A stretch of DNA of 58,325 bases from Candidatus Bipolaricaulota bacterium. Lineage in GTDB: Bacteria > Bipolaricaulota > Bipolaricaulia > UBA7950 > UBA9294. The stretch is taken from NCBI GenBank assembly GCA_040752575.1, contig JBFMGK010000046.1, positions 1 through 58,325 of the forward strand. The letters run 5' to 3'. Numbering within the stretch: position 1 is the first letter of the stretch; each line of letters opens with the position of its first letter. Shown here in pieces: positions 29,706 to 40,200 of the stretch. The position numbers and the translations under genes were made by a program. Under the pieces are notes generated by a model. It saw only the letters and a program-made list of their open reading frames with translations, was not told the DNA's origin and ran no database searches.

Positions 29706-29752
29706 GGCCAGAGGGCTTTGCCAGCAGTCGGCGGTCGTGGTAGGCTTGAGTC

Positions 29753-29944
29753 GTGGACAAGACGCGCGTCACGAGACTCCGATTGGCGGAAACACGGAAC
29801 GCAGACGTGGTTCCGGGGACCCCAGCGGAACGCATAGGGCTTGTCTGGCCGTTGACGCGCGAAGCTGTGTCTCTGACGAAGCGCTACGATGCTGAACGAA
29901 GACTACAGAGAGATGCTGTACGCACTAGCCGCCGAAAGGGCTAG
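29753..29944 (+). CDS. Small hypothetical protein paired with nucleotidyltransferase
   Basis: TPAERIGLVWPLT..RLQRD; TAGGCT 6 nt before GTG; overlaps next gene. Confidence 0.65.
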   Translation: MDKTRVTRLRLAETRNADVVPGTPAERIGLVWPLTREAVSLTKRYDAERRLQRDAVRTSRRKG

Positions 29945-30350
29945 GTTCCTGTTGATCGGTGCCTATGCCATGGCTGCTCATGGCTATCCGCGAGCGACTG
30001 CGGACATCGACTTGTGGGTGGAACCCACCCCTGGCAATGCGGCGGCTGTGCTACGCGCTCTGCGGCGATTCGGAGCACCATTGCATGATCTCACCCAACA
30101 GGATCTTGAGCGCGACGATACGGTGTTCCAGATCGGTGGGGCTCCTCGCCGCATTGACATCATGACCGGGGTTTCGGGATTGGGATTCCAGCAGACCTAT
30201 GAGCGCTCCCTTGCGGTGGAGATCGACGGACTGCGCGTGCAGGTGCCGTCGGTTGACGACCTTGTTCGCAACAAACGAGCATCCGGCAGAATCAAGGATC
30301 TGGCCGATGCTGAGGCTCTGGAAGCGCTTGGCAGCTCCGATCTGGAGTAA
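29889..30350 (+). CDS. Pol-beta-superfamily nucleotidyltransferase-like protein
   Basis: LLIGAYAMAAHGYPRATADIDLW, RIDIM, NKRASGRIKDLAD. Confidence 0.85.
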   Translation: MLNEDYREMLYALAAERARFLLIGAYAMAAHGYPRATADIDLWVEPTPGNAAAVLRALRRFGAPLHDLTQQDLERDDTVFQIGGAPRRIDIMTGVSGLGFQQTYERSLAVEIDGLRVQVPSVDDLVRNKRASGRIKDLADAEALEALGSSDLE

Positions 30351-30591
30351 CGGACGAGGGGGTCGGGCTCCGCAACCGGGTGCGAAGGCGTGCAGGATGA
30401 GTGCGTAGGCCGGAATCATCGCCCCTCAGGCCCTGCGCTGGTCTTCCCGGCGTGTGGCACGCTGCACGTGAGGAGCGCTTCTGTGCATGCGGTTGACGGC
30501 GAAGGCAACGTCGCCGCGCGCAACCTCTACGAGTCGATCGGGTTCCGGATCGTGAATCGGTACGTCGAGTACGCGGCGCAGGAGCCATCTC

Positions 30592-31647
30592 ATGGACATG
30601 CAGCACAGATCTAGGATCTGCGGGAGATCCGTGTGCCTTCGCCCGGCGGTGATGTCCGACAGGAGGCCGATCTACGAAGCCCTTGCCTGCTCCGAGCTGA
30701 CGGAGGTCCTGCTTGGCCGCCCGGGGAGCCTGGAAGCGCCTGCGATGACCTGGGAGGACTTCTGCTCCGACCCCATCGACAAGACTTTCGAGGACTCCGA
30801 CGTAGAGGGGCTGGTCGCGCCTTCGTGATCGAGGCCGGCGGAAGGGCGGTTGGGCAGATCTACTACAACGCGATCTCTGGGAGCCCGCGACGAACGGAGA
30901 TCGACACGTGGATGTTCGGCGAGTCGAATTGCGGCCATGGGTACGGCTCGGACGCCCTGAGGATACCTGACGAAAGAGCTTGGCGTGCACGAGGCCTATC
31001 TCATGCCGTCGCGGCACAACGCCCGTGCGATTCGCGCCTACGAGAAGGCTGGCTTCGCGCGCTCCCGCCTCTCGCCCGCCGGAAACGCGGCACGGTATCG
31101 TGAGCCGGACGATGCCGACACGATCTACATGCTGCGCGTTCTCGGCGCGGGGGCCGTGGCGTTCTCCCCGCTGGGCGACGAAGCGCCGGGCACGATCGCC
31201 GCGCTGCTTCGCGCGAGCTACGCGGGCCTTCTGCGGACAGACCCACAGTGGGAGGACGAGGCGGCGACGTGGGACGCGTACGATCGGGAGGTCTTCGACA
31301 GCCCGAAGACCGTTGGGGCTTGCCTGTTCCTAACTCGCCTCGCTGGCCGGGTCGCCGGCTTCGCATCGTGGGATCCGCGCGGGCGCCCGGCGCATGGGAG
31401 CATCGGCCACAACTGCATCTTGCCGGAGCTCCGTAGGCGGGGACTCGGAAAACTGGAGATCGAGGAAGTCCTTCGGCGCTTTCAAGAGCTCGGAGTTCGG
31501 ACGGCGAAAGTGTCGACATGCGATCACCCGTTCTTCGTGCCCGCACAGCGCATGTACCTATCCTGCGGGTTTCGCGAGACGCGGCGTGGTGCGTGGGAAC
31601 GCGACCCGAGTGCGGCTCTCATCCGGTACGAACGGCGCTTGCCCTAG
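30592..31647 (+). pseudogene. Double GNAT acetyltransferase; N-terminal domain frameshifted twice, C-terminal domain open (30985-31647)
   Basis: Motifs split across frames: RSVCLRPA / FVIEAGGRAVGQI..GHGYGSDAL / PSRHNARAIRAYEKAGF; second domain HNCILPELRRRGLG. Confidence 0.7.
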
Positions 31648-31665
31648 AGCGAGAAGCGGCAGGCG

Positions 31666-32001
31666 CTACGGCTTGCGGGCGACGAACGTGACGCGGTCGG
31701 CGCGCGGCGCGGCTACGGAGATGGGGAGCGTCGACTCCTTGCCGTTGTTCCTCCACACCAGCTCCGCCTCGCCAGCCTGGATGCCCGCTAGATCTGACAC
31801 TTCGCCGGGGGTGAAGGCTCCTCGGATGTCCGAGGGTCTGAAACCGGGCTGCTTCGATGCGGCAGCCGCAGCCGTGGCCGCGCCGATTTCGACGTAGAGC
31901 GTGCCGCACATCAGGGCCTTTCCGGCGATCTTCAGTTTCCCTGCGACCAGGGTTGCGGGTCCGAGGTAGTTGACTCTTTGTCCCGAGAAAATCGGTCTCA
32001 T
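31666..32001 (-). CDS. Hypothetical protein
   Basis: ORF with host-like codon usage filling the gap; no motif recognised. Confidence 0.5.
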   Translation of the reverse strand: MRPIFSGQRVNYLGPATLVAGKLKIAGKALMCGTLYVEIGAATAAAAASKQPGFRPSDIRGAFTPGEVSDLAGIQAGEAELVWRNNGKESTLPISVAAPRADRVTFVARKP

Positions 32002-32080
32002 GAACGCATTCTAGCGCTCGCGATCGTGTCGATGCCAATGGAAGCTCCCGCGCTGGAGGCTAGACGGGGTCAGGTAGGCG

Positions 32081-32728
32081 ATGGACAATCGGTTCATGTA
32101 TGCGTTCCGAGATGATGCGACTCGTGGTTCTGCGAGGACGTCGTTTCGCCCGTTCGCCGATGACGCAAACGATGAGCCCATACGGAAGATCCTGATCGAC
32201 CACCAGCGGCGCTATCCGGAGTGGCGCGTCGAAGACCTGTACAAGCTTGTGCATCAGGCGGCGATGGGCAGCGAGCACGCGGTGATCGACGAGGACCGGG
32301 CTCGCGCGTGGCTCGTGCGCGAGCTCCGCGAGATGGGGCCCGGCCCCGACGAACGTCTGATCGATCCGATCTCACCCGACGGCCGGATCGTACGCATTCA
32401 CCTTCGTCCCTTCGTTGCGCTGGGCCTGGAGAGTTCTGGGCTGCTCCGGGCCTTTATCGAGACAGCAAGAGGGTTTCATGGAGCCGTCTTGGAGGTCGAA
32501 CGGGGCCTCGAAGCGGCGGAGCGACTCGCTCGCAGCGGAGAGCTCAAGCTTCGAGCGGGTGAGATCATCGGACTAGCCGGGCGGGCTCGGGAGGCGGGAT
32601 TCGCCGCCATCCATCACTCGGAGCAGTACACCCTTCGCTACCGTCCCGCCTATCGAGTCGTGGCGCGCGCTCTTCTCCCTATCGACGTCGAGCGACGCGT
32701 GAGCGCAGCCCAGACCAGGAGCGGGTGA
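32081..32728 (+). CDS. Hypothetical protein (start uncertain)
   Basis: EDLYKLVHQAAMGSEH, RIHLRPF, HHSEQY..YRPAYRVV look like conserved blocks. Confidence 0.7.
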   Translation: MDNRFMYAFRDDATRGSARTSFRPFADDANDEPIRKILIDHQRRYPEWRVEDLYKLVHQAAMGSEHAVIDEDRARAWLVRELREMGPGPDERLIDPISPDGRIVRIHLRPFVALGLESSGLLRAFIETARGFHGAVLEVERGLEAAERLARSGELKLRAGEIIGLAGRAREAGFAAIHHSEQYTLRYRPAYRVVARALLPIDVERRVSAAQTRSG

Positions 32729-32813
32729 TCTCCGACAGCGGGCTGCCGCTGCCTTGCATCGACGGAGGCATAGGGCGAGACTGCCAAGGGTCCGGCGGTG
32801 CGGTGGAGGTTCC

Positions 32814-34616
32814 ATGGTTCCGTTGTACCGCATGCTGGTGATATGTCTGGCTCTTCTCATGGTCTCGCCGTCGGGATTCGCCGCACCTGTGTCGGGAGAC
32901 GGGCTGCACGTCCTGTTCGTCGTTGCCGACCCCTACGCGGCGAACGTCGGCGTGTGGTCGACCCAACTTGAGCGTCTTGGGTACGAGGTGGTGTTTTGCG
33001 GAGTCCAGGACGTCGTCACGGCCTACGATCCTGCCGGGCAGTCGCTCCCGGCCGACCTGCGAGTTGACGAGGTCTGCGACGTCTCGGGGTTCGACGCGTT
33101 GTTCGTTGCGTCGCAGCCGGTGGATCCTGGGTCCATCGGGTACGTCGCACGGGACCTCCGTTCGAGTCCGGCGGCGATCGACGTCGTCCGGCGCGCCGAC
33201 GAGGAGGGACTGGCCATGTACGTCGGAGCCTCCGCATTCGGCCTCCTCCTGGATGCCGGGGTGGTCTCAGGCCGAACCGTGCTCTCCCACTCGGCGCTGG
33301 TCGATGCGTGTCGGGAAGCGGGAGGCTTCTGCTCGCCGAGTCGTTCGATCGACCTGCCCCTACGAGACGCCCATCTTGTGACGGGAACCAGCTGGTTCGC
33401 CTTTCCGGTGGAGACGGTCGAGGCCGTGGGGCGTGCGCTCGATGACGTGCAGACGGCGCCGCAGACGCAACGGAACCTCACCGACTACGTCCCCGAGTTC
33501 TCTCTTTCGAGCGTGGACCTAGGGCTCGCCGGCGCTTGCGCGACAGCGCTTGGCGGAGAGCGGGCGGACCTCGCCGCATCCATCTGTCCTCTCGCGGTGG
33601 GGGCCGCCGTTGCGGGGACGACGCTCTCGGGCCCGACGGGATCTCCAGACGCCGTTGTCGTTCGACTCGACGAGACGGGAGAGCCGACGTGGGTTCGCGC
33701 CCTTGGCGGCCCCGGGAGGGACTACGCTCAAGCGGTCTGCGCGGCACCGGACGGCGGTTGTGCCTTCGCCGGCTACACGACCTCGGTGGGACAGGGTGCC
33801 GAGGATGGACTTGTCGTTTCGCTTTCGGGTGGGGGGAGCGTGCGGTGGGTGAAGACGCTCGGCGGCGCTGGAACCGACATGCTCTTCGGCATCTGCGCCG
33901 CGGACGGGGGCGTTGTGGTCTGCGGGACCAGCGAGATTCCGGGGGCGGGTGCGCTCGCGTTATGGGTCGCGAAGTTGGATTGGGAGGGGAACGAGATCTG
34001 GGCGACGCGTATCGAGGGGGGAAGGAGCGCGCGTGGCCTATCCGTTTCCGCGGACGCTGAGGGCGTGGCCGTCGTTGGGTGGCAGACCCTTGCGGTGGGC
34101 GGGTCCGATGGCCTCCTCGTGCGGTTCGATCAGGACGGAGCGGCGATCTCGTCGACGCCCGTCGGGTGGACGACCAACAACGTGCTGGAAGACGTCGTGA
34201 AGAACGCCGACGGATGGCTGGCCGTCGGACACAGCGCGTCGCCGAACCGCGAGGCAGAGGCAACAACCTTCGTGGCGTTCGACAACGATGGGACAAAGCG
34301 ATGGGCGAGGCGATTCGAGCGGTCCGGCCGCTATGACTTCGGCCTGGGGGCCGTGGCGTTGGACAACGGCGGGATCCTATCCTGCGGATCCGGCTCGGGT
34401 CTTCACCCGGGGACGGCGGACGCCCTCCTGGTCGTCTGCGACGGGCAGGGAAAACTCACATCGCGCATGCACGTGGGGCGGCCGGAACCGACCGAACGCG
34501 TCGAGTCCGTGTGTGCCTTCGAGGACGGGCTCATCATGGTGGGGCAGACGGAACTCGAGCCCGGCCAGGCTCCTGACATGCTCATCGTCCGCTTCGACTC
34601 AGCAGCCATTCCGTAG
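32814..34616 (+). CDS. Secreted protein: DJ-1/PfpI-like N-domain plus beta-propeller repeats
   Basis: Signal peptide; FDALFV, RDAHLVTG; repeated W.R/K.LGG.G.D motifs. Confidence 0.75.
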   Translation: MVPLYRMLVICLALLMVSPSGFAAPVSGDGLHVLFVVADPYAANVGVWSTQLERLGYEVVFCGVQDVVTAYDPAGQSLPADLRVDEVCDVSGFDALFVASQPVDPGSIGYVARDLRSSPAAIDVVRRADEEGLAMYVGASAFGLLLDAGVVSGRTVLSHSALVDACREAGGFCSPSRSIDLPLRDAHLVTGTSWFAFPVETVEAVGRALDDVQTAPQTQRNLTDYVPEFSLSSVDLGLAGACATALGGERADLAASICPLAVGAAVAGTTLSGPTGSPDAVVVRLDETGEPTWVRALGGPGRDYAQAVCAAPDGGCAFAGYTTSVGQGAEDGLVVSLSGGGSVRWVKTLGGAGTDMLFGICAADGGVVVCGTSEIPGAGALALWVAKLDWEGNEIWATRIEGGRSARGLSVSADAEGVAVVGWQTLAVGGSDGLLVRFDQDGAAISSTPVGWTTNNVLEDVVKNADGWLAVGHSASPNREAEATTFVAFDNDGTKRWARRFERSGRYDFGLGAVALDNGGILSCGSGSGLHPGTADALLVVCDGQGKLTSRMHVGRPEPTERVESVCAFEDGLIMVGQTELEPGQAPDMLIVRFDSAAIP

Positions 34617-34623
34617 CGCCGCC

Positions 34624-36267
34624 CTATCCAGCGAGCAGGCGTTGGGCAAGCAGCTTCGGCGGCAGCGAGCCGCAGGCGAGGATGGCGTCGTGGATCTCGC
34701 GCATCGATCGGCCAGGGTGGCGGGCCTTGTACGCCTCGACGAGCTTCAGGATCTCGAGTTTGCCGATCAGGTAGGTCATCGGCTGTGTCGGGCTCTGCGT
34801 GTAACGCCGTACCTCGGCCAGTGCGTCCGCGGGCTCGAGACCGACACGGTCGACGAGGAAGGCGACGCCCTCGTCGATCGTCATTCCCTTCGTATGCAAC
34901 GACACGTCGAGGATGATCCGCGCTGCACGCCAGAGCTGATCTTTGCGACGCCACAGATGCTGAACTGGGTCGTCCAGAAAACCAAGCTGCTCCATGAGCT
35001 CTTCGCAATAGAAAGCCCAACCTTCGATGAACAAGCTCGAGAGGGCTGACGCCAACTTGCGCGGCAGCGTCGCCGTGCGGTTCGCGAGGACGAGCTGCAG
35101 GTGATGTCCAGGGTATCCTTCATGCAGCGTGGTGATGGGCAGCTTCGCATAGCAGTGCCCGTGAAGCTTCGCTTCCTGGGCCGCCTTCGGAGCGCGGGGC
35201 GAGACCGGCGTCACCACGAAGATGCCCTCCTGCTTCGGTTCGAGTAGTCCCGGCGCCATGTAAGCGGCATAGGGCAGAACTCCGCGCATGAAGGCCGGTG
35301 TCGGCTCCACGCGGAGCGATTCGTCGGGCGGGATCGTCGCGATGTCGTGCTCGACGACGAAAGCTCGCGCTCGCGCGACCTCCCTTCGGTAGGTCGTCAA
35401 AAGGTCGCGGGCGCTGGGGTGGCGCTGCTTGGCTTCATCGAGAATCTGGCGTGCCGTCTTGCCTGGATCGAGGCTTCTCGCGAGATCCTCCATCGACGCC
35501 TGCGTCTCCGCGAAGAGCCGCTCTCCTGTGGCCAGGAGTTCGTCGGCCGACATGTCGAGCAGGTGGCGGTCGTGAAGCATCTCCTCGAACAGCTCACGCC
35601 CTACGGCGAAGTCTCCCGACGCCTTCGGCAGAACTTCGGTGCGGAGGAATCGAGCGTACTCGTCGAGCGCTCGCGCCGCCCGTCGAGCGGCAGCGAGGAC
35701 GGCGGGCAGGAGGTGGGGCGTGCGCAGGGCCAAGAGTGGGATCAGCACCGTGAAGAGCTGGCGGCCTCCCTTCGCCCCCTCAAGGGCCGTTTCAACCCAG
35801 ACCCGCGGAACGCGCTCGGCCACGAGGTTGGCCTGACCTTCCTTGAGGACGCGCGGCACTTCGCGCAGTCGTCCGAGAACCGACCTCATGCGCTGACCGA
35901 ACGGGGCGAAGTTGCGCAACAGGAGCATGAAGACCCCGCCAAGGCACTCGTCGATGTACGAGCCGGGCTCGCGTTCCTCGGCCTTGAGATCGACCGACTC
36001 GCGGAGGAAGGAGCGCACGAGGCGAGTCATGACCGCGTGGTCCAGAATGGCATCCGGGCCGAATCCGCGAGGATCGAAGGTCGCGAGCTCCTGCTCCGCC
36101 CTGCGCAGTGACGCCAGTTGGCGCTCCAGTCCGCTTCGGCTGTGATCTCCGAGCCGGTCGTCGAAACGATGGTCCCCGAGATGGGTCGCCGCGACCGGGG
36201 ACTCGGACATCATTTGCGCAACGTATCTCTCTACGGCTTCGTAGAACGCAGACTCCTGAGGGTTCAC
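34624..36267 (-). CDS. DUF885-domain protein
   Basis: ATHLGDHRFD, HEGYPGHHLQ, FIEGWAFYCE, EVRRYTQSPTQPMTYLIG. Confidence 0.92.
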   Translation of the reverse strand: MNPQESAFYEAVERYVAQMMSESPVAATHLGDHRFDDRLGDHSRSGLERQLASLRRAEQELATFDPRGFGPDAILDHAVMTRLVRSFLRESVDLKAEEREPGSYIDECLGGVFMLLLRNFAPFGQRMRSVLGRLREVPRVLKEGQANLVAERVPRVWVETALEGAKGGRQLFTVLIPLLALRTPHLLPAVLAAARRAARALDEYARFLRTEVLPKASGDFAVGRELFEEMLHDRHLLDMSADELLATGERLFAETQASMEDLARSLDPGKTARQILDEAKQRHPSARDLLTTYRREVARARAFVVEHDIATIPPDESLRVEPTPAFMRGVLPYAAYMAPGLLEPKQEGIFVVTPVSPRAPKAAQEAKLHGHCYAKLPITTLHEGYPGHHLQLVLANRTATLPRKLASALSSLFIEGWAFYCEELMEQLGFLDDPVQHLWRRKDQLWRAARIILDVSLHTKGMTIDEGVAFLVDRVGLEPADALAEVRRYTQSPTQPMTYLIGKLEILKLVEAYKARHPGRSMREIHDAILACGSLPPKLLAQRLLAG

Positions 36268-36408
36268 CGGGATCTCCTTTCACCCGTACCCGCCGCAACG
36301 GGGCCAGCGCATCCTAGCACGGGGCAGCGCGGCGAACCCAAGCGCCGAGCCTACGGAAGGCTATGGATGCACGAGGGGATGCGCGCTACGATCGCGCCGG
36401 AGGTGGCG

Positions 36409-38796
36409 ATGCGCGAAGCGGCGACAGGGGGAGCCGGGGACAGAGCGCGAGATGAGGCCGAGGTTTTCGCCTACTGGGAGAAGACCAAAGATCTGGTCGA
36501 CCAACTCATCGACATCGTCCTCAACTACCGCCAGAGCGGTCATCCTGGGGGCTCCCGCTCCAAGGTGCACGCGCTCTTGGTGCTCATGTTGTCGGGCATC
36601 ATGCGTTGGGACATCCGACGTCCCGAGAAGCGCTTCGCAGACCGATTCGTTCTCGCGGCGGGTCATGCCGCGCCTGCAGTCTACGCTGTGCTTGCCATTC
36701 TCCACGAGGCGCTGCGCGTCAAACTCGCGCAGACCGGCGACTCACGTTATGCCGTTCCGCAGGCCGAAACGCGCGCCCTGACCTGGGAGGATCTTCTGAG
36801 CTTCCGCCGGCGTGGCGGCCTCGCCGGACATGCCGAGATGGCAGGCAAGACTCTGTTTTTCAAGTACAACACCGGCCCGTCCGGCCACGGGGCGCCGGCC
36901 GCAGCAGGGCAGGCCCTGGCGCTCCAACGCGCAGGGGCTGGCTGTGTAAGGGTGTTCGTCCTCGACGGGGAGGCCGGGCTCACTCCGGGGGCAGTTCACG
37001 AGACCATGAACTCGGCGTGGGGGCTTGCGCTGGACAACTTGTGCTACATCGTAGACTGGAACGACTTCGGGATCGATGCGCATCCGGTGAGTCAGGTGGT
37101 CTACGCGAGGCCGACCGAGGTTTTTGCGTCGCACGGCTGGAAGATCTGCGAGGCACAAGACGGCGCCAGCTGGGGCGACGTCCTGTGGACCCTTCGCACG
37201 ATGGTCGAACCCGAGGAGACGGGCCGAGTGCCGCGGATGGCCTGCCTGAGGACGCAGAAGGGCCGGGGGTATCTCAAGACCGGAAGCGCTTCCCACGGTT
37301 CACCCCACGCGATGAACAGCGAGCTCTTCTGGGCGACGAAACGGCCGTTCACGGAGAAGTACGGAGCGACTTTCAGGAACGACGGCGGCCGTGCGCCCGA
37401 GGGACCCGAGGCCATTGAGGCGGAGTTTCGGGCGAATCTGGAGGCCGTCATCGAAGTCCTGCGGGCCGACGCGCCCCTCGTCGACTACCTCGCGGAGACC
37501 CTCCTGGCCGTGGGAGATTCCGTGCCCGAGGAGATGCCGGGCTGTCGACTCGGACGCGGCGCCAGTCCATTCGACGATGACCGGCTGTTCGATGTGTCAC
37601 GGATGCCCGAGAACCTGTTCGTCTCTCCCGGCACGCGCATCTCCAACCGGGCCGCGTTCGCGGCGTGGGGCTCCTGGGTGAACGCGTTGGGGGCCGGCGA
37701 CTACGGACGACCTGTGTTCCTCGCAAGTTCCGCCGATCTTGCGGAGTCCACGGGGGTCAGCGGCTTTGGGAAACCTTGCGGCGCGTTCCCCGGCTACGGC
37801 GTCTGTGGGCGCGCGGGAACGACGGAGGGCGTAGTTCTGCCGCAGGAGATCACCGAGTTCGCGAACGCGGGCATCTCGTGCGGCCTTGCGTCGGTCAACT
37901 TCGCGCGCGACCCGGAACGGGCGTTCGACGGTTTCTGGAGCGTATGCTCGACGTACGGGGCGTTCGCCTATCTGAAGTACGGGCCCTTCCGCCTCCACAG
38001 CCAGCTTGTTCAGGACTGCCCATGGAGAACGGGAAAGGTGCTCTGGGTGCTCGGCCACTCGGGACCGGAGACCGCCGACGACAGCCGCACCCATTTTGGG
38101 ATCTTCTCCCCCGGCGTGACCCAGCTCTTTCCTCGGGGGCACATCCTGAACCTCCACCCCTGGGAGCACAATGAGGTTCCCGTAATGCTCGCCGCCGCGC
38201 TGCGCCTCGACGTGCCGATCGTCGCCCTGCACCTGACGCGCCCGCCGGTCGAGGTTCCCGATCGTCGGGCCCTGGGCATTCCGTCGCACCTTGAGGCGGC
38301 ACGCGGCGCCTACGTTCTGTGGCCGCACGACGCCAGCTGTCCGCCCCGTGGGACGATCGTCGCTCAAGGGTCGAGCGCCGTCGCGGGCCTCGTCGAGATC
38401 TTGCCGCAACTGAGGCGCAGGGGTCTCAATGTGAAGATCGTTTGCGCCACCAGCCGTGAGCTGTTCGAACGCCAACCGCCTGCCGAACGCGACGCCGTCT
38501 TGACGCCGAGAGAGGCGGCGGGCGCGATGGTTGTGACGACGCAAGCGCGGCGCCTCATGCGGGATTGGGGTTTCGATCCCCGATCCGAGACCTATGCCGT
38601 CTCGCCCGATGCCGACGATCGATGGAGAACGGGTGGAACGCTGGACGAGGTTCTTGACGAGGCGGGGCTCACGCCGGCGCGGATCCTCGACGGAATTGAG
38701 CGCTACGTGCGTGAAGCCGAGGAGCTGCGAAGCTGTGCGGCGACGGGTGATGTCGGTCGTCTCAGGCGGAGCGAGAGCGAGTTCCGGGGAGCGTAG
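36409..38796 (+). CDS. Transketolase (divergent, single chain)
   Basis: QSGHPGGSRS, DRFVLAAGH, TGPSGHG, DGE..E..N TPP motif, SADLAES, EITEF, DDSRTH. Confidence 0.88.
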   Translation: MREAATGGAGDRARDEAEVFAYWEKTKDLVDQLIDIVLNYRQSGHPGGSRSKVHALLVLMLSGIMRWDIRRPEKRFADRFVLAAGHAAPAVYAVLAILHEALRVKLAQTGDSRYAVPQAETRALTWEDLLSFRRRGGLAGHAEMAGKTLFFKYNTGPSGHGAPAAAGQALALQRAGAGCVRVFVLDGEAGLTPGAVHETMNSAWGLALDNLCYIVDWNDFGIDAHPVSQVVYARPTEVFASHGWKICEAQDGASWGDVLWTLRTMVEPEETGRVPRMACLRTQKGRGYLKTGSASHGSPHAMNSELFWATKRPFTEKYGATFRNDGGRAPEGPEAIEAEFRANLEAVIEVLRADAPLVDYLAETLLAVGDSVPEEMPGCRLGRGASPFDDDRLFDVSRMPENLFVSPGTRISNRAAFAAWGSWVNALGAGDYGRPVFLASSADLAESTGVSGFGKPCGAFPGYGVCGRAGTTEGVVLPQEITEFANAGISCGLASVNFARDPERAFDGFWSVCSTYGAFAYLKYGPFRLHSQLVQDCPWRTGKVLWVLGHSGPETADDSRTHFGIFSPGVTQLFPRGHILNLHPWEHNEVPVMLAAALRLDVPIVALHLTRPPVEVPDRRALGIPSHLEAARGAYVLWPHDASCPPRGTIVAQGSSAVAGLVEILPQLRRRGLNVKIVCATSRELFERQPPAERDAVLTPREAAGAMVVTTQARRLMRDWGFDPRSETYAVSPDADDRWRTGGTLDEVLDEAGLTPARILDGIERYVREAEELRSCAATGDVGRLRRSESEFRGA

Positions 38797-38805
38797 GAGG
38801 CCGCG

Positions 38806-39267
38806 ATGACAGGTAGCCCGGCCCAGATGGGAAGACGAAAGCGCATCGCGCTGATCGCCCACGACAACTGCAAGGCCGATCTGTTGGATTGGGCGCGATT
38901 CAACGAAGGGACGCTTGCGAGACACGAGCTCTTCGCGACGGGGTCGACGGGCGCGCTCCTCGCTTCGGAGCTCGGCCTCAGCGTGACGCGGTTTCTCAGC
39001 GGTCCGCTCGGCGGCGACCAGCAGGTCGGAGCGGCGCTCGCCGAGGGCCGACTGGACTTCGTGATCTTCTTCTGGGATCCCCTCGAGCCGCAGCCTCACG
39101 ACGTGGATGTGAAGGCGCTCTTGCGGATTGCCGTGGTCTACAACACGCCGATCGCCTGCAACCGCGCGACGGCTGACTTCGTCCTCTCCAGCCCGTTGAT
39201 GGACGCGGAGTACGTCCGTCATCATGTGCCGGCGCGTCGAGCAGGATGGCGAGGCCGAGACGAGTAG
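38806..39267 (+). CDS. mgsA: Methylglyoxal synthase
   Basis: IALIAHD, ATGSTG, SGPLGGDQQ, PHDVDVKALLR. Confidence 0.97.
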   Translation: MTGSPAQMGRRKRIALIAHDNCKADLLDWARFNEGTLARHELFATGSTGALLASELGLSVTRFLSGPLGGDQQVGAALAEGRLDFVIFFWDPLEPQPHDVDVKALLRIAVVYNTPIACNRATADFVLSSPLMDAEYVRHHVPARRAGWRGRDE

Positions 39268-39281
39268 CGACGACCGCTTGG

Positions 39282-40079
39282 CTACGTCGACACACCCTCC
39301 CCGCGGAAGATCGTGACTGCCTTTCCCGAGAGCAGAACGCGATCGCCTGCTAGATGACAGCGCACGAAGCCGCCGCGCGCGGAAGCCTGGTGGGCCGACA
39401 GATCGTCCTTCGCAAGCTTCTGCGCCCAGTAGGGGGCGAGCGCGCAGTGAGCCGATCCCGTGACGGGATCCTCGTCGATTCCTACGCCGGGAGCGAAGAA
39501 ACGCGAGACGAAATCGACGCCGGCTGTCGCGCTTCGTGCGGTGACCATCGCGCCGCGGACGCCGACTCGGCGCAACGCGGCGAAGTCTGGAGCGGCGCTC
39601 CGCACGGCAGCCTCCGAGTCCACTTCGATGAGGACGTCGGAGCGCGTCCGGCCGACGAAGACCGCCTTCACGCCCAAGGCCTCGAGAAGACCGGCGGGCG
39701 GCGCGATGGCCGTCGTTGCGCAGGCTGGGAAGTCGAGCTCAATCCACGCCTCCCGCCGCACGGCCGTCAGAGGACCGCTCCTGGTATGGAACTTGGCCAT
39801 CTCGCTCTCGGCAAGATCGCGCGACGCCCAAAGGACGTGCGCGGTGGCCAACGTTGCATGCCCGCAGAGGTCGACCTCGATCCGCGGCGTGAACCAACGC
39901 AGATGGAACGTCCCATCGTCCCGCCGCCTCGCGAATGCCGTCTCCGACGCGTTGACTTCGGAGGCGACGGACTGCATCCACTCGGCGGATGCGTCGCGGT
40001 CCAGGATGCACACCCCCGCGGGGTTTCCCGCGAACGGCCGGTCGGCGAACGCGTCAACCAAGAAGAAGCGACAGGGCAT
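39282..40079 (-). CDS. PhzF-family isomerase/epimerase
   Basis: VDAFADRPFAGNPAGV, SETAF, EVDLCGHATL, EDPVTGSAH. Confidence 0.95.
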   Translation of the reverse strand: MPCRFFLVDAFADRPFAGNPAGVCILDRDASAEWMQSVASEVNASETAFARRRDDGTFHLRWFTPRIEVDLCGHATLATAHVLWASRDLAESEMAKFHTRSGPLTAVRREAWIELDFPACATTAIAPPAGLLEALGVKAVFVGRTRSDVLIEVDSEAAVRSAAPDFAALRRVGVRGAMVTARSATAGVDFVSRFFAPGVGIDEDPVTGSAHCALAPYWAQKLAKDDLSAHQASARGGFVRCHLAGDRVLLSGKAVTIFRGEGVST

Positions 40080-40200
40080 CGGGGTCTCCCTTCAGGACGA
40101 CGAACCAGTGTACATTGGTTCTCTGCGGGAGCGGCGGCCCTGCCGCCGCGAGGCGGTTGACTGCGCACGGCGTCTACTCGCTCCGAGGAGGAGGTCGCCC

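Larger units (their letters stand above)
29585..30576 (+). repeat. 80-bp perfect direct repeat (29585-29664 and 30497-30576)
   Basis: CGGCGAAGGCAACGTC...GTCGAGTACGCGG identical in both positions. Confidence 0.95.
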
